DNA from: Schmidtea polychroa
Lineage: Eukaryota
Length of the DNA: 64,000 nt
Direction: 5' to 3'
Assembly (NCBI GenBank): GCA_044892525.1
Contig: CM097885.1
Span: 57,474,001 to 57,538,000, forward strand
Positions 51,294 to 60,865 of the stretch are shown here, one piece after another. The translations under genes and the position numbers were made by a program. The notes below the pieces were generated by a model. It saw only the letters and a program-made list of their open reading frames with translations, searched no databases and was not told where the DNA came from. Position 1 is the first letter of the stretch. Every line of letters begins with the position of its first letter.

Positions 51294-52175
51294 ATGGTAT
51301 ATGAAGAAAGATTAGCACTTTTAAAAAAATTACAATCAGAACAAGATAAATATAATAAAAAAGATACAACTCAACATGCTGAATCTATAATATTAAATGA
51401 GGTAATAACACAACAACAGGGGCCAACAATTAAAGCTATAAAAGAGTTGGAAGATTTCAATGAGCAAGCAAAATTTAAAGAGTTAGAAGATAAAAAACAA
51501 AAAATAAAAGAACTAGAGTGGCAGGATAAAGAAAAAGAATCCAGTGAAAACCATCCTGAAAGAAATCAAAGAAAACGCAGAAGAATTTCTAATGTGGAAG
51601 AAGAAGAAATGTTTTTAAAAACAAAAGCTCTTAAAGTTGATCCTAAAATTAGAGATGATTTACCTCCTTCAATTAGACCCACATTTAATACTAATACTAA
51701 AGGATATCAAATAATAACAATTAATAAACAAAACTTTACTTTATATTCAAATTCAGAAAATAAATCACGTATTCATTCACAAAATGTTTATAATAATGAA
51801 TATTTAGACTTTGAATTTACAGATGATTTTTATAGATTACTTTGTGGATATTCTTCAGATGATGTTGAAGAAATTAAAAAATATTTAAATTTAATAAGAT
51901 TAATAAGAGCTAGTTCTAAAGCAAAATATATTCAAGATTTAAAGAATTATTTAAATAAAAATGAAAAGGGTTATGTTGTTACAGAGGGAGAGGGATTAAT
52001 TAGTGAAGGTGGTAAACCAAATCCCATCAATCTTTTTATTGAATTAAGAAAACTATTAGCTGCAAGGAAAGCAGGACATAATAATTTAGATTCTGATATT
52101 TTAAAGATTTCTAAAGATTTGTTAAAACAAGGAATAATTTCAAAAGATAAATTTAATAAGTATACGAAGTTATAA
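51294..52175 (+). CDS. Polinton conserved hypothetical protein
   Basis: 293-aa open ORF. C-terminal NPINLFIELRKLLAARKAGHNN..I..I..L...GII resembles a helix motif I recall from Polinton ORFs. Confidence 0.6.
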   Translation: MVYEERLALLKKLQSEQDKYNKKDTTQHAESIILNEVITQQQGPTIKAIKELEDFNEQAKFKELEDKKQKIKELEWQDKEKESSENHPERNQRKRRRISNVEEEEMFLKTKALKVDPKIRDDLPPSIRPTFNTNTKGYQIITINKQNFTLYSNSENKSRIHSQNVYNNEYLDFEFTDDFYRLLCGYSSDDVEEIKKYLNLIRLIRASSKAKYIQDLKNYLNKNEKGYVVTEGEGLISEGGKPNPINLFIELRKLLAARKAGHNNLDSDILKISKDLLKQGIISKDKFNKYTKL

Positions 52176-52197
52176 ATACGAAGTTTTAAAATACAAA

Positions 52198-52650
52198 ATG
52201 ACTCCTTCAATATTAGATTTTTTAAAAACATTTGGAATAAATGCAAAAACAAATTTTGATTTAAAAGATTATGCAAATTATTTAAATTTAAAAATTAAAA
52301 TATTAATGAATGATGAATTATCAAGTCTGGAGAGTCCCCTGAATATAATAATCAATTATCAAAATTCAAATGAAAAAGGATCTCATTGGGTTTGTATATA
52401 TAAGAAATCTATCTACTTTGATTCTTTTGGGATTAAACCTACTAAAGAAGTTGAAGATTATCTCTTGAGGGGTTCTCCGATTGATTCCCCAAATGGTTAT
52501 ACTTTTAACTCTTTACAAGTTCAACCTTTGAATACTAAAATATGTGGTATTTTAAGTTTATATGTTTTGTATAGATTGAATATGGGGCATACGCAGGATT
52601 TTGAATCTATAATTCAAGAAATTTATAATGATCTAGAATCTCTACTATAA
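52198..52650 (+). CDS. Adenain-like cysteine protease
   Basis: GSHWVC (His), YFDSFG (Asp), QVQ..TKICG (Gln/Cys). Confidence 0.92.
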   Translation: MTPSILDFLKTFGINAKTNFDLKDYANYLNLKIKILMNDELSSLESPLNIIINYQNSNEKGSHWVCIYKKSIYFDSFGIKPTKEVEDYLLRGSPIDSPNGYTFNSLQVQPLNTKICGILSLYVLYRLNMGHTQDFESIIQEIYNDLESLL

Positions 52651-52698
52651 GGATTTTTACTATAAGGATTTTTACTATATGAATTTACTACTAAAGAA

Positions 52699-53463
52699 AT
52701 GGAGCTTCACAACCCTCCGGAAGATAATTTAAAAAAAATGGTAAACATAATGTCAGATAAATATTCAAGAACTTTATCTATAAATTCAAAAGAATCAGAG
52801 TTTACTATAAACTTTCAAGATTCAATTAAATTAGATCAAAATTTAAATTATGAATTGGGGCTATTATGGTTTTGTGCTTATAATACTATTTTTAATATAA
52901 CTAAAGATAATAATAAATTTACTATTCAAACTCGTGATGGGCATAAACCAGAAATTATAACAATAGAACCTGGGGCATATGAGATAAAAGATTTAAATGA
53001 TATACTTTCTAAAAAAACAAATGAAGGTATTAAAATTAAAATGGATATACCAACTTCAAAATGTGTAATGACTTTGAAGAATATAAAAATTAGTTTTTTA
53101 GATAATTGTTTCTTTCACACAGTTTTAGGATTTAAACCTATGGATATAACAATAAAAGAAGATAAAATAATAACATCAGAACATATTATAAAAATAATAA
53201 ATACAAACACAATAAATATTCATTGCGATTGTATAACAGGTTTTTATAATAATGGTAAACAAACAAATGTTTTATATTCCTTTCCCTCAAACACAGTTCC
53301 TATGGGATATAAAATAGTTGAAAGAATGAATCCTCCAAATTATTTACCTTTATGTAGAAAATATATAATGGATATTAATTTTAAAATTCTTAATCAAGAA
53401 GGAGAATTGATTGATTTTAATGGAGAAGAGATTTCAATGTATTTACATTTGAAACAGGTTTGA
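52699..53463 (+). CDS. Minor capsid protein (penton, PX)
   Basis: YNTIFNIT..NNKF, IEPGAYEIKDLN, INIHCDCI.G.Y.NG....VLYSF, GYKIVE.P.YLP, NQEGELIDFNGEEI...LHL. Confidence 0.88.
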   Translation: MELHNPPEDNLKKMVNIMSDKYSRTLSINSKESEFTINFQDSIKLDQNLNYELGLLWFCAYNTIFNITKDNNKFTIQTRDGHKPEIITIEPGAYEIKDLNDILSKKTNEGIKIKMDIPTSKCVMTLKNIKISFLDNCFFHTVLGFKPMDITIKEDKIITSEHIIKIINTNTINIHCDCITGFYNNGKQTNVLYSFPSNTVPMGYKIVERMNPPNYLPLCRKYIMDINFKILNQEGELIDFNGEEISMYLHLKQV

Positions 53464-53487
53464 AGATTCATTTTAAATTATTAATAA

Positions 53488-54498
53488 ATGAGTTCTTATA
53501 TTCCTTGTAATAGAGGTGGTGGAACAATAAAAACAGGGTTTAATACAGAAGAAATATTAACTTTAACAGAAAATAAATATATTAATGAAAGAGGTGATTC
53601 AATGAAGGGTGATTTAAATTTAAATGGACACAAGATAAAAGAATTATCTTTTCCAACTGATGAAGCTGATGCAATTAATAAAAAATATGTTGATGGTGTT
53701 AAAAATTATACTGATTTAACAACAACAAGAATTGAAAGTTCATTAACAACAAAAATGGATTCAATGGAATCAAAGCTTAATAATATCGAACAACGATTTA
53801 ATGATAAATTTGACAAGTTACAAAGTCTGTTAACTGAACAAGTTGTAAAGTTAAATACTGCTATATTAAATTCTAAAGATAAACAAATTATGAATACTAA
53901 ATTTAATACAATATATAAAATAATAAATGAGATGATTACATCATTTAATAAAAGAATTTCAAATTTAGAGTCTCATGGAACACACATTAACACCACACAT
54001 AGTATTAGAAAAAGAGCTGCTGAATTAGAACAGAATAAAACATTATTACCCCATACATATAAACATTTTATAGAACCAAGTTTAATAACAACAAACAGTA
54101 AAGAATGGGGTGTTTTTATGGTTGTAAAAATTATTGATCCTTATTTCTTTTTGTTTGATGATGATAATGAAAGAATGAAATGGTTTGTGAAATGTGATTA
54201 TAATAGTAAGCTTGAAAAGGGTGATGTTATAATGACTAGTTATGATTTACCACACGGAGATTGGTATGTTAATACTCATTCACATGGACTACATAAAGTT
54301 AAAAGTAAGAATATTCATTTTTCTAGTTCACTTGTACAATATATAGATTTAATATTTTATGAAAAAAAGGTTGATGTTGATGAAGTTCGTAAAGCATTGA
54401 GAGAATTGTATAAAGATATCCTCTCAACAAGAGTTTCTTTTGATATCCGAGTATTGGTGCCAGATGGTGCTCAGAAGAATAAAGTCTTATTTTTTTAA
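53488..54498 (+). CDS. Putative fibre/spike protein
   Basis: GDSMKGDLNLNGHKIKELSFPTDEADAINKKYVD (tail-fibre/adhesin-type repeat), then a long heptad coiled coil and an unknown C-terminal domain. Confidence 0.5.
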   Translation: MSSYIPCNRGGGTIKTGFNTEEILTLTENKYINERGDSMKGDLNLNGHKIKELSFPTDEADAINKKYVDGVKNYTDLTTTRIESSLTTKMDSMESKLNNIEQRFNDKFDKLQSLLTEQVVKLNTAILNSKDKQIMNTKFNTIYKIINEMITSFNKRISNLESHGTHINTTHSIRKRAAELEQNKTLLPHTYKHFIEPSLITTNSKEWGVFMVVKIIDPYFFLFDDDNERMKWFVKCDYNSKLEKGDVIMTSYDLPHGDWYVNTHSHGLHKVKSKNIHFSSSLVQYIDLIFYEKKVDVDEVRKALRELYKDILSTRVSFDIRVLVPDGAQKNKVLFF

Positions 54499-54506
54499 TT
54501 ATTAAA

Positions 54507-55118
54507 ATGGAAGAAGTAAGAGAAGAAAAAATTTACCCAGAATTGAGATCATCAGGATATTATTCCGAAGGTCACAAAGGTTCCAAGGCCTCGGCTCCCA
54601 CAGAACTTGAAATTATGAGAGTAAAAGAATTTAAATCAGAAACCTTACATTTAAAAGATTTATTAAAGCATTATAAAAAAATTAAAAATAGATGGAATAA
54701 AGGGAATACAGTTTTAAAAGTTATAGGTTATTCTTTAGGATTTGCATCTGCAATATTAACAGTTATTTTACCCATAACTTTACCAGTTGTTACTCTTGCA
54801 CCTGTAATACTTGGAAGTATTTCTGTGGCTGATGGTTTCTTAACTGAAATAGTTTCATTATCTTATACTTCTAAAAAGAAAAGTTTATATAGAGAAGTTT
54901 GTTTATCAATAGAATTAGGAATCTCTAAATTATTTTTATTTCAATTAAAAGCTTTGGAAGATGGAATCCTGACAGACGAAGAAATAATGAAATCAAATCA
55001 AATAATACAAGATATAAAGAATGAGGTTATAAGATTAAAAAGGGAGGGCATGGTGGCTAATGTTATAAGTAATAAAAAAACATCTCGAGAAAAATGGTTA
55101 AAGAATTCTTACTTATAA
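54507..55118 (+). CDS. Polinton/adintovirus membrane-associated protein (possibly the gasdermin-X-type ORF)
   Basis: N-terminal IYPEL, hydrophobic hairpin VIGYSLGFASAILTVILPITLPVVTLAPVILGSI, and KALEDGILTDEE. The family label is from memory only. Confidence 0.5.
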   Translation: MEEVREEKIYPELRSSGYYSEGHKGSKASAPTELEIMRVKEFKSETLHLKDLLKHYKKIKNRWNKGNTVLKVIGYSLGFASAILTVILPITLPVVTLAPVILGSISVADGFLTEIVSLSYTSKKKSLYREVCLSIELGISKLFLFQLKALEDGILTDEEIMKSNQIIQDIKNEVIRLKREGMVANVISNKKTSREKWLKNSYL

Positions 55119-55196
55119 AATGGGTGTATTTTTAAAAAAGTAGATCAGGTTGCTATAGTTGCTTAAATTAATTGTCGACATTTTATTATTAAAAAA

Positions 55197-55751
55197 TTAA
55201 ATATCGTTGAAAGCCAACCTATGAATCATTAATTTATGATCTTTAAATTCTTTATCACTTAGACCTTTTATATATTCAGGATCAGTATTAAAATATTTAA
55301 GTTCTAAACATATAGGATTAAAAACTTGAGAATATAAAGGTTTCTCGATTTCTCTCTGGGGATAAATAATTTCAACATTATAAATATCAAGATCAGTAAT
55401 CTTTGTATCATATAACTTATTCAACTTTTCTAGATTTTTTATTATAGGGATTAAATTATTTCCAATAGGTAGAGTTGTCTTTAAATCACTTAGTATGAAT
55501 CTCTTATCATCATAATTTGATAATGATACTTTTTGAGATTCTATCAAGTGAATATCATGGTTTTCACTTTTAAGTTGATGTATTTCATCAATTTTATCTT
55601 TATGATTTGGGTTTAATGTATCTATATAATCTTGATGAGAAAGATTCTTTGCAACCACTCTCTGTATTCCTTTACATCTGTTATCCTTTAAATTAGTAAT
55701 ATTTTTTATAATTTCAAAAATGTTATTTTCTTGATTTTTAGTTTCCATCAT
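55197..55751 (-). CDS. Stand-alone paralog of the pPolB C-terminal ~150 aa
   Basis: Ungapped alignment to the pPolB C-terminus at exactly 600-bp offset, ~95/152 identical by hand. Has its own AAAATG start like the other element ORFs. Confidence 0.85.
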   Translation of the reverse strand: MMETKNQENNIFEIIKNITNLKDNRCKGIQRVVAKNLSHQDYIDTLNPNHKDKIDEIHQLKSENHDIHLIESQKVSLSNYDDKRFILSDLKTTLPIGNNLIPIIKNLEKLNKLYDTKITDLDIYNVEIIYPQREIEKPLYSQVFNPICLELKYFNTDPEYIKGLSDKEFKDHKLMIHRLAFNDI

Positions 55752-55775
55752 TTTATAGTGTTAAAATTCTAATTC

Positions 55776-58700
55776 TTAGACCAGTCGTAATTGATTTATA
55801 ATTATTTCTGCAGTAATGCTTTTTAACATTAATTTATGTGATTTAAAGTCTTCTGGTGTTAGTCCTTGGATATATTCAGGATCAGTATTAAAATATTTAA
55901 GTTCTATAGGTTTTATATTTTGAACTTGATTATATAAAGGTTTAGGAATTAATATTTCAGGATATTGGATTTCTACTTTAGCAAGTTGAAGGTCTGTAAT
56001 CTCTAGGTTATAAATTTCATTTATTTTATCAAGATTTTTTATTATAGGGATTAAATCATTTCCAATAGGTAATGTTGTCTTCAAGTCAGAAAGTATAAAT
56101 CTTTTATCATCATAATTTGTTATAGCAATCTTGTTACACTCTTCAAGATATATATTATGTTTCTCTGATTTAAGATGATGGGTTTTAGCAATTTTATTTT
56201 TATAATTTATATTTAATGAATCTTTATACTCTTGATGTGTGAAGGTTTTTGACACTGATTTTTGAATTCCTTTACTTTTATTTTCTTTATAGCTTTTCAG
56301 GTTTTCAGGGAATGAAGGATATTCAAATGTTCGATCTACTTCAACAGATCCTTCTATTATAAATTTTATTGTATGCTCTTTCATAATTGGTTTGTCTTTC
56401 ATTTCAAGAGAATATTGTTTAGGTCTAATAAACACTCCTCCAGTTATTGGAGTATTTGGTTTTTCATCTTTAAAAGTAAACAACTCTCCAGAATTGTTTA
56501 TTAATTTATTTAAGGTTGGATCTTCACGTATTTCTTTTTTTAAATCTTTGCTATATCCTTTTAAAAACATACTATCAGTGTCCATTGCATGCATGGATAT
56601 TCGATCTCCAAAATGTGGTACTAGAACATCATAGTAGGCTTCATACATTTGAAGCTTTGAAAGTTCTAAAATTGAAAACCCTATAAAGATTGGTTTATTA
56701 TAAGTTTTTACAGAGTTTTTAATCTCTATGGCTATAAGGTTACTAGAGAATATCTCGGCATTTTTAAATGTGGGCTTTCCAATTATCCGGTTGTACCTAT
56801 TAAGGTCTTTGGATGTATTGGTCAAAAGCTCTACACGTGTGTACTTGTCTATATTCTCCATGGTCTTTCCAAAGACCGCATTGTTCAGGAGTTTGTAAAT
56901 CATATCAAGAAATGCATTTCCAGCTCTCTTTGCTGCATTTCTTTTCAAAATATTTCCCTCTATGAATTTTTTCATAAAAGGGGCTTGTCGAAATTTAATA
57001 ATGGAATGTACTTTTTTTAAAACCATTCCATGGGAGAGATAAAACTGAAGGAGTCTATAATGACAAAGGTAATCAGTTTTATCGGTCTGATCGCATAAAA
57101 GTTTTATACAGGGCGATCTATCCTGAGCCATCTGCCAGTCTGAAAGTTCTTCAGTCGAGATCTTTCTTCTTACTGGAGCAAATGGAAAGAATCTTGTCCT
57201 GGATTTTATTTCATTGGGATATTCAAGATCGCATTCTATGACATATCCATATTGTGAATTCTTTGGTGTTTTTAGAATTTCTTGTATTAATTCCTCAGTG
57301 GGCTCTTCCCAGGTGAACTTGCCAATTGGAAGGTATTGAGTCATTACTCCTGCATATAAAGCTGTTGCATCTATATACATTATTTCAGAAGGATTAGAAA
57401 GACCTTCCAGTATTTCCTCACGATCTTCTGGGTTTGTTATTTCTACATATAGAGCATCAGTATCTTTGAAAAATTTAGGATAAAGAGTTGTAAAATTATT
57501 AGCATTTATTTCTCTATTCCCTTGTACTGAAGAAATACCTCCTCTAATATTATGTTTATATACATTAAACATATCAAGGTCAACTAATAATTCAATGGTT
57601 TTATTTCTTTCTGCTATGTCTTCATCGGTCCATATGCTATATAATAATATATCCCAAGCTAGAGAGGGAGCGGTTATATAATTATAAGGTTTTAATTCAA
57701 AAGCTTTTGAAAATGTCTCGAAGCAATCAGCTAAGATATAAACATCTAAGGAAAGATACATGTCAGTATATTCTCCAAGGTTTCTACAGTTGAAAAGATT
57801 CCACATTTTAAGTGCACGGGAATATTCCTGATCAGAAATCCCTGATTGTGTTAAAACAGAAAAGAAATCTTCTTGAGCTGGGAGTAATTCATTATATTTT
57901 TCAAAGGAGTCTATATAATCATATGGATAGATTCCTTTTGCTAGACAGGTATTATATTCCTCTAATGGAATATTGTTTTTTAATAACACATGTTCTTTTG
58001 TATATTTAAAATCCTCAGGGTTCATAGTTTTTGCAATGCCATCCAAAGACATCCCTAAGAAATTTAAGGAGTCCAAAAACTTAAAGCATCCATATTGAAT
58101 GCTTTTATATTTTTCTTTTGTAAGTCCAATAACCTTGAAAGAGTTTTTAGCATTTGCAGCTAGATGTTTAATGAACAGGTGAATATCATAGCCAAAAAGA
58201 TTGTGAAATATAAATGGTATGTGTGTTGGTTTTTTACAATTGAGATTACAATTTTTATGGGCCGCTCCTCTGTAATTATTTTCTATTTTAAAATGATCAT
58301 GGTCAGGAACCTTTAGTTCACTAGTTGACTCCTCATCCTCAAACTCTTGTTTGCACATCCAGCAGTGTGTTGCATTTTTATATTCTTCCTCTTGTTCTTC
58401 TGAAAAATTCATAGGAAAGTTGGATTTTAATATTATATATAATTCATGTTCTAGATTATTTAAAGTTTCAACAAAATGGTCTAGAGTCTCTTTGTCAGAA
58501 GTTCCCCTAAATGAATATTCTCTAGATTCTACAAGTTCTGGATAATTACTTTTGAAAAACATTTTATAAGCAGAGGGTAATTGTTTTGTTAGTTTTACAG
58601 TATTAGTTTTTGTTCGTCTTAGTTTTACATTTATAGCTTCAAAATCACAATAAACCACTCCCAATGCTTCTAATAGATTGGAATAGTTTTTAAACCTCAT

Positions 58701-60161
58701 ATTAGCATTTTTCTTGTGTGGCATTTTTATTAAAGCAGGTTGATTCTTACAACAGAGTCTCTCATGTTTAATAGCAGCAAGTTTTGAAGTTGAATGATAT
58801 AAACATCTTTTACAACATATGCCTCCACGAATGAGTGTGTTTCCTTTCATAAAACTTTGAAAATTCTTTATTAAGATATAATGAAGTTTTTTATCTAACA
58901 TAGTGCCTCCGGACGCAGTGCTTTCTGCTTCTGGTTCTAATGAAATGCCTTCTTCTGCTTCCATAACCTTCGGGTGAATACTTTGAACCTCTTCACCATA
59001 TTCTTCTCCATCAAACTCTTCGTCTGCTTTACCTTCTTCTAATATTAAAAGATCTACTTCTCTCTTTTCATCTGAGATTTCCATATTAGAAATGTAAATA
59101 GGAATAATTTGTTTATAATTTTTATTTTTTCTAGTTTTTGTAATTTTGGTTGGAATGAATTGATAAATATTAATTTTAAGATTATTTAATTTTTCAAATG
59201 CTGGAACATCTTCAATTTTCATTGGGTGGGAAAAATCTTTTGGATATATTAATTCAGATTCATATTCTTCATATTTTTGAACTCTCTGTGGGTTAGTTGC
59301 TTGAGGATGTAAGTGTGCAAGTATTGACCATTGAAAACATTTATTATCTTTATTCTGTACATTTATAACATGGTTGGAGGTGAATGGTGTATGAATAAAA
59401 GATTTAGGATTTGGTGGTGCACCTCTCCAGTATTCAATCTCTATGTTTTGAAAAGAGTGGAATCTTAAATTAGATTCTCCTAGTTCTTGTTCCACCTGTT
59501 CTTGTTTTTCTTCCAATTCTTTAGCTATATCATTAACAAGTTTATTTCCTGCTTTTGTAGAAAATAAATATTTATATGAGGTTTCAATTTTTACATCTAG
59601 AGGCATTGCGATCGAATCATCTCCTCTCCAGTATTTTGCATTTCCTGTAAATTTAACTTTTATAACATTAAATCTTGATCTACCAAATTTTTTTATAGCA
59701 TCATCCATTGATGATATTATTTTTTTTTTATTTTCTCTTATATATTGCATGATTGATCTGGGTCCTCGTTTTACTTCTGCAATTACATCGGTGTGATTGA
59801 AGTCATCCCAATTAAACTCTAGTTTTTCAGCTTTTTCAGTCATTGAGTTTGAATCAGAATCTTTTGCTTCAAGACCACAATCTTCTATGTGTCTTAAGTA
59901 AAAAGATTTTATCCTCATCTTTTTTCCACATGCTGAACATTCAAATATTTCTCTGTTTTTAGGAACTCCAATACAATTTTTAAAATGTTTCTTATAACCT
60001 GAAAATAAATATCTATCCTTACATTTAGTACAGATTTTGGAATTAGTGTCATCTAGTGTGTTAGCTTTTATTAAATGGTCTTTTGATTTTTTATGAGATG
60101 TTAAAGCAGTTTTATTTTTAAAATATTTTTCACAAATTTCACAATTAAAAATAGCTTCCAT
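55776..60161 (-). CDS. Protein-primed family B DNA polymerase (1461 aa) with N-terminal zinc fingers and an endonuclease VII-like insert
   Basis: NVQNKDNKCFQWS, ExoI YCDFEA, CWMC..DHDH..YRGAAH..CN, ExoII FHNLFGYD, KGIYPYDY, ExoIII Y..LDV..LAD, motif A YIDATALY, motif B KLLNNAVFGK, motif C MDTDS, KGI and YDDKR. Confidence 0.97.
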   Translation of the reverse strand: MEAIFNCEICEKYFKNKTALTSHKKSKDHLIKANTLDDTNSKICTKCKDRYLFSGYKKHFKNCIGVPKNREIFECSACGKKMRIKSFYLRHIEDCGLEAKDSDSNSMTEKAEKLEFNWDDFNHTDVIAEVKRGPRSIMQYIRENKKKIISSMDDAIKKFGRSRFNVIKVKFTGNAKYWRGDDSIAMPLDVKIETSYKYLFSTKAGNKLVNDIAKELEEKQEQVEQELGESNLRFHSFQNIEIEYWRGAPPNPKSFIHTPFTSNHVINVQNKDNKCFQWSILAHLHPQATNPQRVQKYEEYESELIYPKDFSHPMKIEDVPAFEKLNNLKINIYQFIPTKITKTRKNKNYKQIIPIYISNMEISDEKREVDLLILEEGKADEEFDGEEYGEEVQSIHPKVMEAEEGISLEPEAESTASGGTMLDKKLHYILIKNFQSFMKGNTLIRGGICCKRCLYHSTSKLAAIKHERLCCKNQPALIKMPHKKNANMRFKNYSNLLEALGVVYCDFEAINVKLRRTKTNTVKLTKQLPSAYKMFFKSNYPELVESREYSFRGTSDKETLDHFVETLNNLEHELYIILKSNFPMNFSEEQEEEYKNATHCWMCKQEFEDEESTSELKVPDHDHFKIENNYRGAAHKNCNLNCKKPTHIPFIFHNLFGYDIHLFIKHLAANAKNSFKVIGLTKEKYKSIQYGCFKFLDSLNFLGMSLDGIAKTMNPEDFKYTKEHVLLKNNIPLEEYNTCLAKGIYPYDYIDSFEKYNELLPAQEDFFSVLTQSGISDQEYSRALKMWNLFNCRNLGEYTDMYLSLDVYILADCFETFSKAFELKPYNYITAPSLAWDILLYSIWTDEDIAERNKTIELLVDLDMFNVYKHNIRGGISSVQGNREINANNFTTLYPKFFKDTDALYVEITNPEDREEILEGLSNPSEIMYIDATALYAGVMTQYLPIGKFTWEEPTEELIQEILKTPKNSQYGYVIECDLEYPNEIKSRTRFFPFAPVRRKISTEELSDWQMAQDRSPCIKLLCDQTDKTDYLCHYRLLQFYLSHGMVLKKVHSIIKFRQAPFMKKFIEGNILKRNAAKRAGNAFLDMIYKLLNNAVFGKTMENIDKYTRVELLTNTSKDLNRYNRIIGKPTFKNAEIFSSNLIAIEIKNSVKTYNKPIFIGFSILELSKLQMYEAYYDVLVPHFGDRISMHAMDTDSMFLKGYSKDLKKEIREDPTLNKLINNSGELFTFKDEKPNTPITGGVFIRPKQYSLEMKDKPIMKEHTIKFIIEGSVEVDRTFEYPSFPENLKSYKENKSKGIQKSVSKTFTHQEYKDSLNINYKNKIAKTHHLKSEKHNIYLEECNKIAITNYDDKRFILSDLKTTLPIGNDLIPIIKNLDKINEIYNLEITDLQLAKVEIQYPEILIPKPLYNQVQNIKPIELKYFNTDPEYIQGLTPEDFKSHKLMLKSITAEIIINQLRLV

Positions 60162-60264
60162 TTTTAAAAGAATTTTTTGGTTGGATACGATGTTTTGGTT
60201 TTGATATTAATTTTTATTAATTTTTAAATCCTTATAACGTTAAATCCTTAAATCCTTTAAATCC

Positions 60265-60527
60265 TTAAATCCTTAAGACCAAGTAGTGAGGAATCTATGC
60301 ACCCCGTTACCTTTTCTCGGAATTACTAATCTATAAATACATCTATTCCGAACTTTTTTACTTTTAAGGGAAGAAATTAAGGGTTAATGGCAATAGGGGA
60401 CAAAGTTTAAAAGTTAAAAAAAGTGAAGAATATGGGGTAAAAAAGCATATAAATGTGGAAAATATGGGTCAATAGCGCTGTTTTTTTTTAGGGTGGGGGT
60501 GCTGGGGTGCATAGATTCCTCACTACT
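60265..60527 (-). repeat. Right TIR (263 bp) with an internal inverted copy of the terminus at 60282-60305
   Basis: Ends ..GATTCCTCACTACT followed by TSD GATATA. Confidence 0.97.
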
Positions 60528-60865
60528 GATATATTTTCAATAGTTAGGAGGAATGTTTTTGTGAAATGATATTAAATTATTTTCAGTTTACCATTGCATA
60601 CAGAATGTAAATAAATGATGCTGAATATAAATTTCGCTAAGAATATTTTGGCCGAAATTAGACAAATTCCAAACTTACATGCCAGTTATACTATACGATT
60701 CCCAATACATATTTCCCTTAACCAAGTAAAAGAGATGACTGAGATTGTTTCTTTTTCACAAGGTCATAAAAGCGTTGAAGTATGAAATCTTTTATATAAA
60801 TTTATTTATGATTTCATCTGTAAAAAGTAATGCCAGTGTTAAGTAATATGTTATTGTTATTGTTA

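Larger units (their letters stand above)
45606..60527. mobile_element. Polinton/Maverick (adintovirus-like endogenous virus), 14,922 bp, near-intact
   Basis: 263-bp TIRs, 6-bp TSD GATATA (45600-45605, 60528-60533), AGTAGT-type terminus, and open ORFs for MCP, integrase, ATPase, protease, penton and pPolB. Confidence 0.97.

Noticed and set aside
49847-55180. GTCGAC at both convergent gene junctions (49847 and ~55174)
   Set aside because: Only a 6-mer, and it also occurs inside the ATPase ORF. It cannot be distinguished from chance.
48185-58545. Short antisense ORFs overlapping Polinton genes (and similar ones over Gypsy pol and PHF12)
   Set aside because: Shadow frames of long coding regions with no independent motifs.
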